From an uncultured Actinomycetes bacterium (GTDB lineage Bacteria > Actinomycetota > UBA4738 > HRBIN12): a stretch of DNA of 33,455 nt. The notes beneath the pieces were generated by a model. The model was not told the DNA's origin. It saw only the letters and a list, made by a program, of their open reading frames with translations, and did no database searches. Where the stretch lies: contig CAVPIB010000015.1 of NCBI GenBank assembly GCA_963704885.1, positions 1-33,455 on the forward strand, written 5' to 3'. The position numbers and the translations under genes are program-made. Positions 1 to 10,538 of this stretch are shown piece by piece (the stretch's first letter is position 1; every line of letters begins with the position of its first letter).

Positions 1-124
1 CGTTCGGAGTCACCAGGCCTCCACACGCGAGCGCGCTCGCCGCGGGAACGAACACGGCGAGCGAGACGGTTGCGGCGAAGATCGTCCTGCGGGCGAGGCG
101 GCGATGAGCCTTGCGGTGGGCCAT
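1..124 (-). CDS. Secreted protein, 5' part only, probably DUF2330 family
   Basis: Not in the ORF track. ATG at 124 follows a GAAGGAG RBS and translates MAHRKAHRRLARRTIFAATVSLAVFVPAASALACGGLVTPN. This is a signal peptide ending ALA followed by the CGGLV start typical of DUF2330. It runs off the window edge. Confidence 0.6.
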   Translation of the reverse strand, partial: MAHRKAHRRLARRTIFAATVSLAVFVPAASALACGGLVTPN

Positions 125-181
125 GGGGCTCCTCCTTCGCGAGATCGCGGTTGGACGGAAGAACCCGAGCCTCGGTTCCCT

Positions 182-1288
182 TTAGGCGGAAGGACCTGCC
201 GGCGCCGGCGCCGCTACGTCCGCCGGGTAGGCGATGCCGGCCCGCTCGGGCCAGCCGATCGACAGCCGCTCGCCTGGAGCCCGTGGCTCCCGCAGTCGCA
301 GTCGGCAGGATCCGATAGTGGTTGAGGTCAACACGTCGAAGTGCGAGCCGAAGAACGAACAGGTCTCCACGGAGCCCGTGAGCGCTCCTTCGCCATCGGC
401 TCGGATCTCCAATTCCTCGGGGCGTAGAAGCACTTGCGCTCCGGCTCCGGGTCGTGCTCCGGCGTCGAGCGCTCTGAACCGTCGTCCTGCCACTTCCACC
501 TCCACGTTGCCCTCACCGGCGGATATGACGGTCGCCGGGAAGAACGAGCCGGCACCGATGAATCGCGCGGTGAACAACGTCGCGGGCGAACGGTAGATGG
601 TTTGCGGGTCGGCCATCTGTTCCAAGCGGCCCTGGTTCATCACGCCGACAAGCTGAGAGATGCTTAGGGCCTCGTCCTGGTCATGCGTCACGAACACGAA
701 GGTAGTCCCGAGCTCCTGATGGATCCGGAGCAGCTCCTCTCGGAGCGCGAACCGAACGTTGCGGTCGAGCGCGCTGAGCGGCTCGTCCAAGAGCAACACG
801 CGAGGACGGTTGATCAACGCACGCGCGACCGCCACCCGCTGCGCCTGCCCGCCCGAGAGCTCCGACGGGTAGCGTGCGCCCAATCCCTCCAGTCCTACTA
901 GCTGAAGCATGTCGGCCACGCGCTGCGAACGCTCCGCCGCAGATGGTCGCGAGTTCTTCGACTGAGTGGTCAAACCGAACCCGACGTTCTCGGTGATCGT
1001 CATGTGGGGGAAGAGTGCGTAGTGCTGGAACACCATGTTGAAGGGACGGCGCTCGGGCGGCCTCCGTGTGATGTCGGTCCCGTCGGTGAGGACCAGCCCA
1101 CTATCCGGCGACTCCAGCCCAGCGACGATCCGCAGAAGCGTCGTCTTCCCACACCCGCTCGGCCCGAGCAGGCTGAAGAACGAGCCGGCCGGGATATCCA
1201 GATCGAGCGCGTGCAGCGCCACCACATCGCCGAACCGCTTCGACACCCCTTCGATCGAGATAGCGCCCTTAGGGCCGGCGCCCGTCAT
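182..1288 (-). CDS. ABC transporter ATP-binding subunit, PotA/polyamine type
   Basis: Walker A GPSGCGKT, VFQHYALFPHM, signature LSGGQAQRVA, LLLDEPLSALD, VTHDQDEA and a C-terminal TOBE-like region. The true start is MTGAGPKG at 1288; the 640-aa ORF is a frameshift artefact. Confidence 0.92.
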   Translation of the reverse strand: MTGAGPKGAISIEGVSKRFGDVVALHALDLDIPAGSFFSLLGPSGCGKTTLLRIVAGLESPDSGLVLTDGTDITRRPPERRPFNMVFQHYALFPHMTITENVGFGLTTQSKNSRPSAAERSQRVADMLQLVGLEGLGARYPSELSGGQAQRVAVARALINRPRVLLLDEPLSALDRNVRFALREELLRIHQELGTTFVFVTHDQDEALSISQLVGVMNQGRLEQMADPQTIYRSPATLFTARFIGAGSFFPATVISAGEGNVEVEVAGRRFRALDAGARPGAGAQVLLRPEELEIRADGEGALTGSVETCSFFGSHFDVLTSTTIGSCRLRLREPRAPGERLSIGWPERAGIAYPADVAAPAPAGPSA

Positions 1289-2104
1289 GCCACCCTCGCG
1301 AGCGCCTCGGCTTGGGAGCGCAAAGCGGATCGGGACGACCGTCGCCGCTGAATGGCGAACGACAACGCAACCGCCACCCATGGCACCACTAATAGGATCG
1401 TCGCGACCGCGTTGATGGACGGGTCGATCGTGCGTCGCAGGCGGGACAGAACGAAGAGCGGCAGCGTCACCCGCGTCCCGGATGTGAAGTTGGTGATCAG
1501 CACCTCGTCGAAGGAGATCGCGAACGCGATCATCATGGCGCCCAGTATCGAAGGGCCTATCAGAGGGAGCGTGATGCGGCGAAGGACCATCGCTGGACGG
1601 GCGCCCAGATCGCGGGCCGCCTGCTCGACGGCCAGGTCGTAGTTCCTCAGTCGGGCTCCCACGATGGGGATCACGAACGGCGTCGTGACGATCACGTGCC
1701 CCGCCACGATGTGTCATGGACGGGTCGATCGCGAAGGTCTTCAGTGCGGCGACGAGTGAGATGCCGATGAACAGAGGTGGCAGCATGATGGGCAGTCGCG
1801 ACCCGCTCTCCAACCATCTGGTGGCCCGATTGATCCGCCGGGTTATCGCGAACGCGGCTGCGGTACCTACCACCCCCGCAACGACCGCCGTCGCGCTGGC
1901 CGCGGTCAAGCTTGTCTTCATGCCAGTGCGGAACTGCTGTTCGCTGAAGATCACGCGGAACCATCTGAGCGAGATCCCCTGGGGCGGCCAACTCAGATTC
2001 GACCCGGAGTTCAGCCCGTAGAGCACCACCACGATCAGCGGGAGATAGATGAAGACGACGAGGATCACGACGACCACCGTGAGTAGACCCGGATGGCGCT
2101 TCAT
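1285..2104 (-). CDS. ABC transporter permease, PotC-like (frameshift near 1710)
   Basis: FIYLPLIVVVLYG...SLRWF N-terminus. In the next frame there is the EAA loop (VEQAARDLGA) and FAISFDE...TLP. Confidence 0.88.
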
Positions 2105-2990
2105 CCGACGTGCCTGGGCAGGAGACCCGCACCGCGCATCGCGAGCCGAAGCAGGACAACCAGCCCAAGGAACAGGACGAGCATGACGAACGCCATAGCG
2201 GCTCCGAGGGGGTAGTTGAGGGCCGTGGTCAGTTGATCGGCGATCAACGTGCCGAACATAGCGCTCGAGCCGATGCCCCCGAGGAAGACAGGCGTTATGT
2301 AATCACCGGCCGAGAGGAAGAACACGAACAGGGTGGCGCCGAACATGGCGTTTCCGGAGAGGGGCAGAACGATCCGGCGGAGGGTCATCCACCGTGACGC
2401 ACCTAGGTCTCGCGCCGCGGGCTCCACGCTCAGACGAGATAGAAGACAGGCTGGAGTAAAGGACCAGCGCGGTGAACGGGAGGAAGAAGTTCGCCCTCTC
2501 GGCTACGACGACCGCGACCCGGGAGAAGAGCAGTATATGGAGGGGCTTATCGGTGACGTTCAACGCCTGCAGCAAGGGAGTTGAATATGCCGCTCTCGCC
2601 CGAGAGCGTGCGCCAGGAGTAGATCAATGCCCGGGATCGCTTCCCCCATCAGCGCGATCACGATCGCGATGAGGAGGAGCCCCTGGATCGACGGGCGCGG
2701 AACGCCAGGAAGTACGCGAGTTGGTAACCGAATACCACGGAGATGAGGGCCGTTGGGCCGGCGATCAACAGCGTGTTGAGCGCATACCGTCGGTATAGCT
2801 GCGTGGTCGAGGACCCTTCGGTAGTTGTCGACCGTCGCGCCGGGCACGATCTCGAGCAGATGAACGTGGAAGAACGAGAACGCGAACAGCATCGTGACCG
2901 GCACCAGCACGCCGAACAAGAGAAGCGCCCCCAAAGGGGTCGACAGGAGCGCAGCCGGCGACGGGAGAGCGGCAAGACCTAGGACGAGGG
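2101..2990 (-). CDS. ABC transporter permease, PotB-like (several frameshifts, start approximate)
   Basis: Fragments TVDNY, GYQLAYFLA, LPFTALVLYSSL, EPAARDLGASRW, GDYITPVFLGG and NYPLGAAMA. Confidence 0.85.
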
Positions 2991-2995
2991 CCGGT

Positions 2996-4178
2996 TCAGG
3001 AGCCCTTGACCTCCTCCCACAACCCGATGACGTCGTCGTACGTGGCGCGGTCTCCGTCGGGCTCGTGCGGGAATCCTTGGTTGAACGTCAGAGTGTTCGA
3101 CAGGTAGTTGTCGATGTCATCGTACGGATAGAGAGCAGCGGCTTCCGGAGTCAAGAGCGGGATCGCCGCGGAAACCCCCGGCCCTTGCAGGAGGCTGCTG
3201 TTCGCGTCAGCGTTCACCTCCGGATCCAGCAGGTGATTGACGAAGGCGTAGGCGTTCTGAGGATTGGGTGCCGTCGGAGTGATGAACGCCGAGTCCGCCC
3301 AACCGATGGCTCCTTCCGACGGGATCACCGTCTTCGTGGGGATGCCCTCGTCGGCGGTGACCGAATCCATGAAGGCCAACCCGACCACCATGTAGTCCAC
3401 ATCGCCGGCGATCAGCAGGGCGATGGAGTCGCCGATGGTCGGTGTCGACGCCTTGATCTGCCCGACTAGGCTCGTCAGGTAGTCCTTGACTTCGCCGTTC
3501 AGCTGATCCGTGGTCAGCTCGTCCGGATCGATGCCCACCGCGATGGCCCCGAGCGCGACGTTGTTCAGGGCGCTGTCGATGGTGGAGACGCGTCCCTTGT
3601 TCGCGGGGTCGAGGAGGTCGTGCCAGCTCTTCGGCTCGGGCACCCGATCGGTCCGATACGTCACGCCCGAGAAACCCCAGGTCCATGGGGACGCGTTATA
3701 GGTGCCATCGTCGTTCTTGAACGGCGCGACCTGGAAGGCGGGCATCAGTCCGGCCAGACCCGGAACCTGATCGAGGGTGGTCGGGCTGGTCAGGCCAGTC
3801 CACGTAGTCCAGGAGCACCACGTTGTCGCCATACGAGATGTCCCACTGATCACCGCCTGGACCCTTGAGGACCGTGGCCACCTCCTCGGGACCCGCGATG
3901 TACTTGACGTTCACCTCGATGTCGTTCTGCTTGAGCCACGGGGTCAGGTCGCCCGCCGTGTCGTATCCCTCCCACGTGTAGAGGTTGAGCGGTCCTCCCA
4001 CCGGTGGGAGCGGGCTCGGCGACGGACTTCCCGCCGTGCCGGAGGTGGGGCTCGACTCCGAGTCGCCGGACAAGCCGCAGGAGGCGAGGAAGGCGGCGGC
4101 GGCCGCCGTTCCGGTGACCCTCAGGAACCGCCTGCGGTCCATCAAGAATCTCAGCTCACGGTCTTGTGCCTCGCCCAC
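2996..4178 (-). CDS. ABC substrate-binding protein, PotD/PotF-like, Tat-exported lipoprotein (frameshift near 3810)
   Basis: MDRRRFLR twin-arginine signal with lipobox FLASC. LNLYTWEGY, PWTWGFSGVTY, SWHDLLDP, IPSEGAIGWAD and AYAFVNHLLDP are PotD-family motifs. Confidence 0.88.
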
Positions 4179-4219
4179 TCTCCCCTCTCCACGAACTCAT
4201 CACGGCCACCCTCGGTGGT

Positions 4220-4238
4220 CAGGTGGCATGATAACCTG
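4220..4238. promoter_or_regulatory. Operator-like site 1 (CAGGT-GGCATGATA-ACCTG), overlapping a minus-strand TATCAT -10 upstream of the ABC operon
   Basis: Inverted CAGGT/ACCTG arms with a 9-nt spacer that resembles the sites at 5664, 10489 and 14296. TTGACA and TTGACT hexamers lie upstream on the minus strand (4248-4258). Confidence 0.6.
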
Positions 4239-4281
4239 CATACCCGCTGTCAAGTCAACGCCGTTCGGGCCAGGCGACCTC

Positions 4282-5580
4282 CTAAGAAGGCTCCAGGTAG
4301 CGGTCTCGCTCCCAGTCCGTCACGTGCTCACGGAAGGCCGCCTCTTCGCGGCGACCCAGGATCGAATAGGTTTCCACGAACAGCTCGCCGAACACGTCCT
4401 TGCAGAAGGCGCTCTGCTCGAAGATGTCGATCGCCGCTGCCAAGGTGCCGGGGATCCGCTCGAGCGAGTCGTCCTTGTATGCGTCGCCCTCGATCTCCGG
4501 CGGCGGCTGGAGCCTCGGGCGATGCCATCGGCTCCGGAGGCGATGGCGCCCGCGAGGATGAGGTAAGGGTTGGCATCGGCCGAGGGCGTTCGGTTCTCGA
4601 GCCGTCGCGCCTCTGGCTCGCCGGGCGGGATCCGCACAGCCGCGGTCCGGTTGTCGAGGGCCCACGACACGCGATTCGGCGCGAACGTGTAGTCCTTCAG
4701 TCGCTTGTAGGCGTTGACCGTTGGGAGGTTGATGGCGGTCGTATCGACCGTGTGCATCAGAACGCCGGCGAGGTACGCGTGCGTGACCGACTCGTCGGTC
4801 GCGAACACGTTCCGTGGAGCCCTTGCGACGCAGGCTGTTATGGATGTGGTGGCCACTGCCTTCCATCCCCGTGAAGGGCATCGGCATGAACGTGGCGCGC
4901 AGATCATGTCGTTCTGTGATGAGCTTGACGACGTACTTGAGGACGGCGGCGTTGTCCGCCGTCTCGATCGGCGACGCGGGCCCCACGTTGATCTCGAACT
5001 GCGCGGGCCCGCCCTCCGTCTGGCTGGACTCGATGGGGACTCCGGCCGCGAGCAGCATCGCCCGGATCTCACCGATGACGGGCTCGTATTCCGCCCCGCG
5101 CGTCATCGACCAACAGCGGTGATCGTCGAAGGCGGGACGCCAATCTCGATCGCAGAGGTAGAACTCGAGCTCGGGAGCGACCCACGCCTCGTAGCCCAGG
5201 TCCTCGAGCGACATGACCGATCGTCGAAGGATGCTCCTGGAGTCCAAGGGGTGCTCCGCGCCGCCTCGCGCAAGGACTGCGTCCATGAGACAGAAGGCGG
5301 TGCCCGCGGCCCAGGGTGCCGGACGGAGGGTGGACAGGTCCGGGAACACGTGCATGTTCGGGAAGCCGGTGCTCAGCGTTGGCGTAAGGGGTCGGAGTGA
5401 TGTCGCCGAGGATGCTCCATGTGAACGCAGCGTTGGGCATGCTCATCCCGCTTTCGGCGACATTCAGGAACGCGGCCGTCGGCATCCGACGCCCGACCAA
5501 GACGCCCCACGTGTCAGGGAAGCAGCATTCGACAGTATCTATCGTCGAAAGGAAGCGTTCGGTCTCCGCCAGATTCGCGC
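4282..5580 (-). CDS. Glutamine synthetase family protein, gamma-glutamyl-amine ligase (PuuA/GlnA3-like); frameshifted, start codon not resolved
   Basis: Motifs FPDTWGVLVGRR, APELEFYL, TEGGPAQFEIN, ATFMPMP...GSGHHIHNSL, PTVNAYKRL, WALDNRTAAVRIP and RLENRTPSADANPYL are spread over three frames. GGAGGAG RBS near 5590. Confidence 0.85.
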
Positions 5581-5622
5581 TTGCTGAGGCTCCTCCCTGG
5601 ACGGTGGCCGGAGGATAGCACC

Positions 5623-5636
5623 CTGCAACGTTGCAG
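5623..5636. promoter_or_regulatory. Perfect 14-bp palindrome CTGCAACGTTGCAG in the divergent GS/SDR intergenic region
   Basis: Seen directly. It lies next to the minus-strand extended -10 TGCTATCCT (5612-5620) and resembles LacI-family operators. Confidence 0.5.
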
Positions 5637-5663
5637 AAGAACCGTCCTGGCGACCCCTGATAT

Positions 5664-5682
5664 CATCTGGTCTGCTCACCAT
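5664..5682. promoter_or_regulatory. Operator-like site 2 (CATCT-GGTCTGCTC-ACCAT), overlapping the TATCAT -10 of the SDR operon
   Basis: The reverse complement ATGGTGAGCAGACCAGATG shares GGTGAGCAGA with 14298-14307. The ATCTGGTC half-site is FadR-like. Confidence 0.55.
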
Positions 5683-5706
5683 ACATCTAGGCGAGGAGCG
5701 GTGAGG

Positions 5707-6457
5707 ATGCAGGGGAACGAGGTCTTCGCCCGCCTCGATGGCCTCACGGGGTTGGTCACGGGTGCAGGGCGAGGGGTCGAGGGGAGGCCTGCGCGATCGC
5801 TCTGGCCGGCCACGGTGCTCAGGTGCTGCTGGCCGATCTGGACGAGAAACGCCTGGTTGAGGTGGCCAAGATCGAGTCCGACGGCGGCCGCGCGACGACC
5901 TGCGTGACCGACGTTCGACAGTGGGCGAGCGTGCAAGCCATGGCCGACAGCTGCATCGAAGCGTTCGGCGGCATCGACTTCGCGATAGCCAACGCGGGGG
6001 TGGGCAGCTACTCATCGCTCAACACGGCGAATCCAGAGCTTTGGCGCCGTGTCGTCGAGACCAACCTGCTCGGCGTGCTGCACACGGTCCGTGCCGTCTA
6101 CCCGCAGATGAAGGAGCGACGAAGCGGACACCGTTCGTCCTGATGGCTTCCATCGCCGGGCGCCAGACATGGGTGGGTGAGCCCGTCTACATCGCCACGA
6201 AGTGGGGTGTCGTGGGGCTCGGGTGGGCCCTGCGGAAGGAAGCCCTGCCCGGCCGCAAGGTGCGCGTGACGATGATCGAGCCCGGCATGGTCGACACACC
6301 GCTCCTGCACGAGACCGAGGAGGGGATGAGCGAGCTCGAGCGTTTCGCGGCGCTCGACGTGAAGGATGTCGCTCGCGCCGTGGTCTTCGCGCTTTCCCAG
6401 CCTGAGGGAGTCGCGGTGAGCGAACTGATGATCACGCCCGTCGGTCCCGAGCTCTGA
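5707..6457 (+). CDS. SDR family oxidoreductase (ribitol-dehydrogenase/YdfG-like), frameshifted
   Basis: VTGAGRG, ANAG, NLLG, MASIAG, catalytic YIATK and IEPGMVDT across frames. GAGGAG RBS. Confidence 0.85.
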
Positions 6458-6485
6458 CGAGCCAGCCCGATGACCCGCGCCGGGA

Positions 6486-7609
6486 ATGACACTCGACCTG
6501 TGGGTCCGAAGGTGGAGCTGGCTGGAGTCGTTGGGAGACCGATCGAGGAGGTGGCGACGCCCCGGCGCTCGTACTGGACCTAGCCGCCGCCCGTCGCAAC
6601 ATCGCCGCCATGGCCGAACGGATGGCGGCGCTCCCGGCCGGCCTGCGACCTCACATCAAGGTGCACAAATGCGCGGAGCTGGCGCGGATGCAGATCGCAG
6701 CGGGGGCTCTCGGCGTCACCGCCGCGACCGTGTCGGAGGCCGTGGCGATGGTGGATGCTGGCGTCACCGACGTGCTGGTCGCGAACCAGGTCGTATCTCC
6801 AGTATCGGTCGCCCGGCTGCTGGACGCGGCGGGCCGAGCCCGCGTGCTGGTGGCGATCGACGACCGGCGCAACCTGGAGATGCTTGGCCTCGCCGCGATC
6901 GGGGCGGGGGTCGAGCTGGGAGTGCTGATCGAGCTCGACGTCGGACTCGGACGCGGGGGCGTTCGGTCGGTGGATGAAGTCGTGCGTCTTGCCGGGCTCG
7001 CGACCGAGACGCCAGGCGTGATCTTCGACGGACTCATGGGGTACGAAGGCCATTGTGCCAGCGAACCCGATCCGAAGATCCGGACCGAGGCGGCCACGCG
7101 AAGCATGGAGCTGCTGGCGTCCGCGGCCGATCGCTGTCGTGACGCTGGGCTCGTGGTTTCAACCGTTTCAGCAGGAGCCACGGGGACGTTCGAGTCACGG
7201 CCAACGCCCGCGCCGTCACCGAGGTGCAAGCTGGTTCCTACGTCGTGATGGATTACCAACTTTTCCATGAGGCGCTCGTCTCTGGGTTCGAGACCGCCCT
7301 GACCGTCATGGCCACCGTGACCGGGCGTCACGACGATCTGCTCGTGCTCGACGCCGGCCGCAAGTCGATCGATGTCAGCCTGCGTCCGCTCCAACCCTCG
7401 GATCCGCGTGCCACGCTCGCATTCATCCATGAGGAACACGTGGGAATCCGCTACGAGGGACCGGCTCCGGGGTCCGTGAGTAGTCGAGCGTGAGCTTCGT
7501 ACCGGGATACGCTCCCACGACGGTCAACCTGTTCGGTGCCTACCACGTCGTCGAGGACGGCTACGTCGTAGACGTATGGCCGGTGCTAGCGCGACACGGG
7601 GCTCCGTGA
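6486..7609 (+). CDS. DSD1 / D-threonine aldolase family PLP-dependent enzyme (fold type III), frameshifted
   Basis: TPALVLDL...NI, PLP lysine motif LRPHIKVHK, ELDVGLGRGGV, GLMGYEGH, EVQAGSYVVMD, LDAGRKS, HEEH and PGYAPTTVNL...DVWPVLAR. Confidence 0.85.
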
Positions 7610-9266
7610 AGGCGGGGTGGTTCTCCGCCGAGCTCGAGGGCGCCGACCTGACGCAGCTCCGACGATGGGGTGGACTGGAGTACGCTGGTGGCGAGCCAGG
7701 TGACCGTGAGAGATGAGCGGTGGGGCACGCTCCGGCCGGCGTTAGTGACCGCCGAGGTAGAGCGAGGACGCCGATCGGTTCTCGGTGAGTCTCGAGGCGA
7801 CACACGGCGACGACGTCTTGGCGTGGACCGGAACCATCCACGCCTCCGCCGACGGAACACTTGGATTCGACGTGAACGCGATCGCCAAGCGTGAGTTCGT
7901 GTACCGCCGGATCGGAGTGTCGTCCAGCATCCCTGGGCGTCGCATGTTGGCGCGCGGTCCGACCTCCCAGGCGTCGGCACTGCCGCGACCGGCACCTTCC
8001 CCTCGGATATCGCGCCCCAACCTTTGGTCGACGGACACCTCGCTCCCTTCGTACCCGCGTTCAAGGAACTCTCGATCCGGTTCCCCACGGGTGTTGACGC
8101 GGGCTACGTCTTCGAAGGTGAGGACGATGGGTTCGAGCTCGAAGGAGCCAACGCAACTGGACCGACGCCTCGTTCAAGACCTATCCGACGCCGCTGAAAC
8201 GGTCGCTCCCGAGGCGGGTGCGGCCGGCGATCGGTGGACCCAGAGGTTACGGCTCACCGTCAGAGGACCCGCTCCGGGGTCGGCGGCCACCGATGGGCCG
8301 GTAACGGTCGAGATCGGCTCCCCAACGGGCGGCCACGTCGTCGATCGGCGTAACGGCACCCGCCGGACCTGTGGATTCGGGCGCGCTCCGCAGGCTGCAG
8401 CCCGCTCATCTGCGCGTAACGGTAGAACCACCTGATCGTGATCGGGTCGTGCGGCGAGCCACTTCCCTCGCGAGGGAGATCGGCGTTCCGCTGGAGCTCG
8501 TTCTCCTGTTCGATGACGAACCCGAAGGGGCGGACCTGTTCGGCAAGGCCCTCGAGGACGCCCCTCGCCCGGGTCCTCGCTCTACGCCGAGACGGCGTCA
8601 CAACCGACGGGCGTTTCGTTGCTAGGGCGCGCCCCGATTTCCTCGAACGGAGCGGGGTTCTTCGGTGGCACAGCCTCGCACTTCTCGGAGCTGAATCGCT
8701 TGAGGCCTTCGCCCGATGGGATGGACGGGGTCGCGCTGGCGATGTCTCCACAGGCGCACACGATAGATCGAGCGATCGATGGTGGAAACATCGAGTAGGA
8801 AAGAGGCAGATCGTGAGGCAGGTGAGCGGTTTCTCCCGTGGCCTGCCCGTTGCAGTCTCGCCGGTGACCCTGGCCGCCCGTGAACCTCCCCATGAGCAGG
8901 TTCCGATCGACCACCGCGTGGGCTCCTCGTTCGGCGCTGCTTGGACCGGCGGGCTCGGTGGCGAACCTCGCGGCCAGGCTGCACATCTCGTCCGTGACGC
9001 TGCGCGAGGCCGTCGATCGCACGATCTTGGGCTCTGCTCAACTCAGCCGCGTCTTCAGCGAGCTCGCAGCGAGGCGCGGTTCCACGCTGCACGAGGTCTC
9101 ATCGTCCGAGCCACGACGGGCCCTGGCGATCGCCGCAACCGGCGCACCTGTAATTGCTCGTCGAACCTGACACCAGGAGTCGTGCGAGGTCAGGCTCCCG
9201 AGGCGTCGTGTCGGGGGAGCGGACCTCGCGCCCTACGAGGTGGCGGCGCTCGACCTGTCCCCGTGA
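7606..9266 (+). CDS. D-apionate lactonase (ApnL)-like protein, heavily frameshifted
   Basis: The GTG start overlaps the upstream stop. Fragments KAGWFSAELEGADL, VRDERWGTL, FEGE..GFELE..RNWTDASFKTYPTPL, SPVTLAAR, FGAAWT and C-terminal LAPYEVAAL match my recollection of the ApnL family (VRDRDWGT; EDQRNWTDASYKTY). Confidence 0.65.
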
Positions 9267-9960
9267 TAGTGGGGGATCCATCGACATCCCGACGTCCCGC
9301 TCGAGCATCCGCAGGCGGGCAAGCTCGCCGTCCCCGGAGGCGATCGCGTCGCGGATGCGTGTGTGCTGGTCCAGTTCCCAGTGTGCGTATCCCTCGGCGG
9401 TCTGATAGAGCTGCGGGCCAAGCTCGAAGGCCAACCTGAAGAACGGGCGGACGATGCTCGATAGGACCCGGTTCTTCGCGGCATCGGCAACCAGCAGGTG
9501 GAACTGCGAGGCCTCGACTATGGGCCGCTTCAACTCATCCAAGCGAGCACGGTGTCGGTCCAGCACGTCCTGCATGGCGGTCAGATCCTCATCCGTCCGG
9601 CGCTCCGCAGCCAGGCGTGCCAACTCGACCTCGATGAGTCGCCGGGCCTCGAGGAGTTCCGGTGTGATCACCTTCGGCTCGGCGTTCGTCTCGTCTTTCG
9701 AGATAGGCGGATGTTTCCGCCACGAACACACCCTGGCCGTGCCGGATCTCGATGACGCCGATCATGGCCAGTCCGTTCAACGCTTCGCGGACCGTCGATC
9801 GACCGCACCCGAGTCGTTGCGTCAGCTCGCGTTCGGCCGGCAGGCGAGTGCCGGGAGGGAGGTCTTCGACAGCATTTATCAGGATCTGCTGCGCGACCGT
9901 CTCGGCCAGCTTCTTGCGTGGAGCCTGGTAACGTGTCAGGCGGGGATTCTCATCGTCCAC
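9233..9960 (-). CDS. GntR family transcriptional regulator, FadR subfamily (frameshift near 9730; 3' end approximate)
   Basis: wHTH region LPPGTRLPAERELTQRLGCGRSTVREAL...IRHGQGVFV. FCD domain ELLEARRLIE...FHLLVADAAKNRVL...HTRIRDAIASGD. Confidence 0.9.
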
Positions 9961-9970
9961 GGCAGTCGGT

Positions 9971-10451
9971 CTAGCCCGTTCCCTGCTCAGTTCCAGGACG
10001 CGCCCGCTCGATCAACTCGATCTGGACGCCATCGGGATCGGACGCGTAGGCGCCCTTCCCTCCCGCGTAGGCGCCCAGTTCCATGTCGATAGGCTCCGCG
10101 GTACGCGAACGCACGCCGGCAGCCCGCAGCTTGGCCAGGGTGCTCGTCAGATCGTCCACCAGGAGCGAGAGGTGTGACCGTCCCGGCTCGTTCTCTGCAC
10201 CCGTCGGAAGGGGAGTCCCGACGGGACACCGGTACTGCATACAGTCGACCGAAGTGCCCCCAGGGATCTTCAGCTCAGCCCATTCGATTCTCGTTCGGTC
10301 CAGAGCAACCAACCTGTCGATGTGGTCCCACTCGATGACACCGCGCCCAACCACTTCCAGGCCCAGGGAGTTTCCTCCAGAAGGTGAGCGAACGCTCGAT
10401 GTCGCTCACCGTGGCGCCGAAGTGATCGACGCCCGTGACCCCACCCGCCAT
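9971..10451 (-). CDS. VOC / glyoxalase family protein (frameshift near 10375)
   Basis: GGAGG RBS and ATG at 10451. DHFGATVSDIERSL, HLSLLVDD and DPDGVQIELIE are metal-ligand motifs. Confidence 0.85.
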
Positions 10452-10488
10452 CGACCTGCCTCCTAACCCGTGACGCCGGTGACGTCTT

Positions 10489-10512
10489 CAAGAGAGCAGA
10501 TAACCTGCTGAC
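10489..10512. promoter_or_regulatory. Operator-like site 3 in the divergent VOC/E1-alpha promoter region
   Basis: GAGCAGATAACCTGCTGAC at 10494-10512 is identical to 14301-14319. An extended -10 TGCTACCAT follows at 10523-10531, 7 nt before ATG 10539. Confidence 0.75.
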
Positions 10513-10538
10513 CTGTGAACGATGCTACCATGCGCCAC

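Noticed and set aside
161-178. Small inverted repeat GAACCCGAG-C-CTCGGTTC after the ABC ATPase stop
   Set aside because: It is short and bulged with no U-tract, so too weak to call a terminator.
182-2104. 640-aa permease-ATPase fusion ORF
   Set aside because: The middle section is out-of-frame junk. The real permease C-terminus is in ORF 1285-1707 and the ATPase has its own start at 1288.
3777-4874. Long antisense and alternative-frame ORFs here and throughout the track
   Set aside because: These are Arg/Pro/Ala-rich shadows of real genes, expected in high-GC DNA, with no motifs or RBS.
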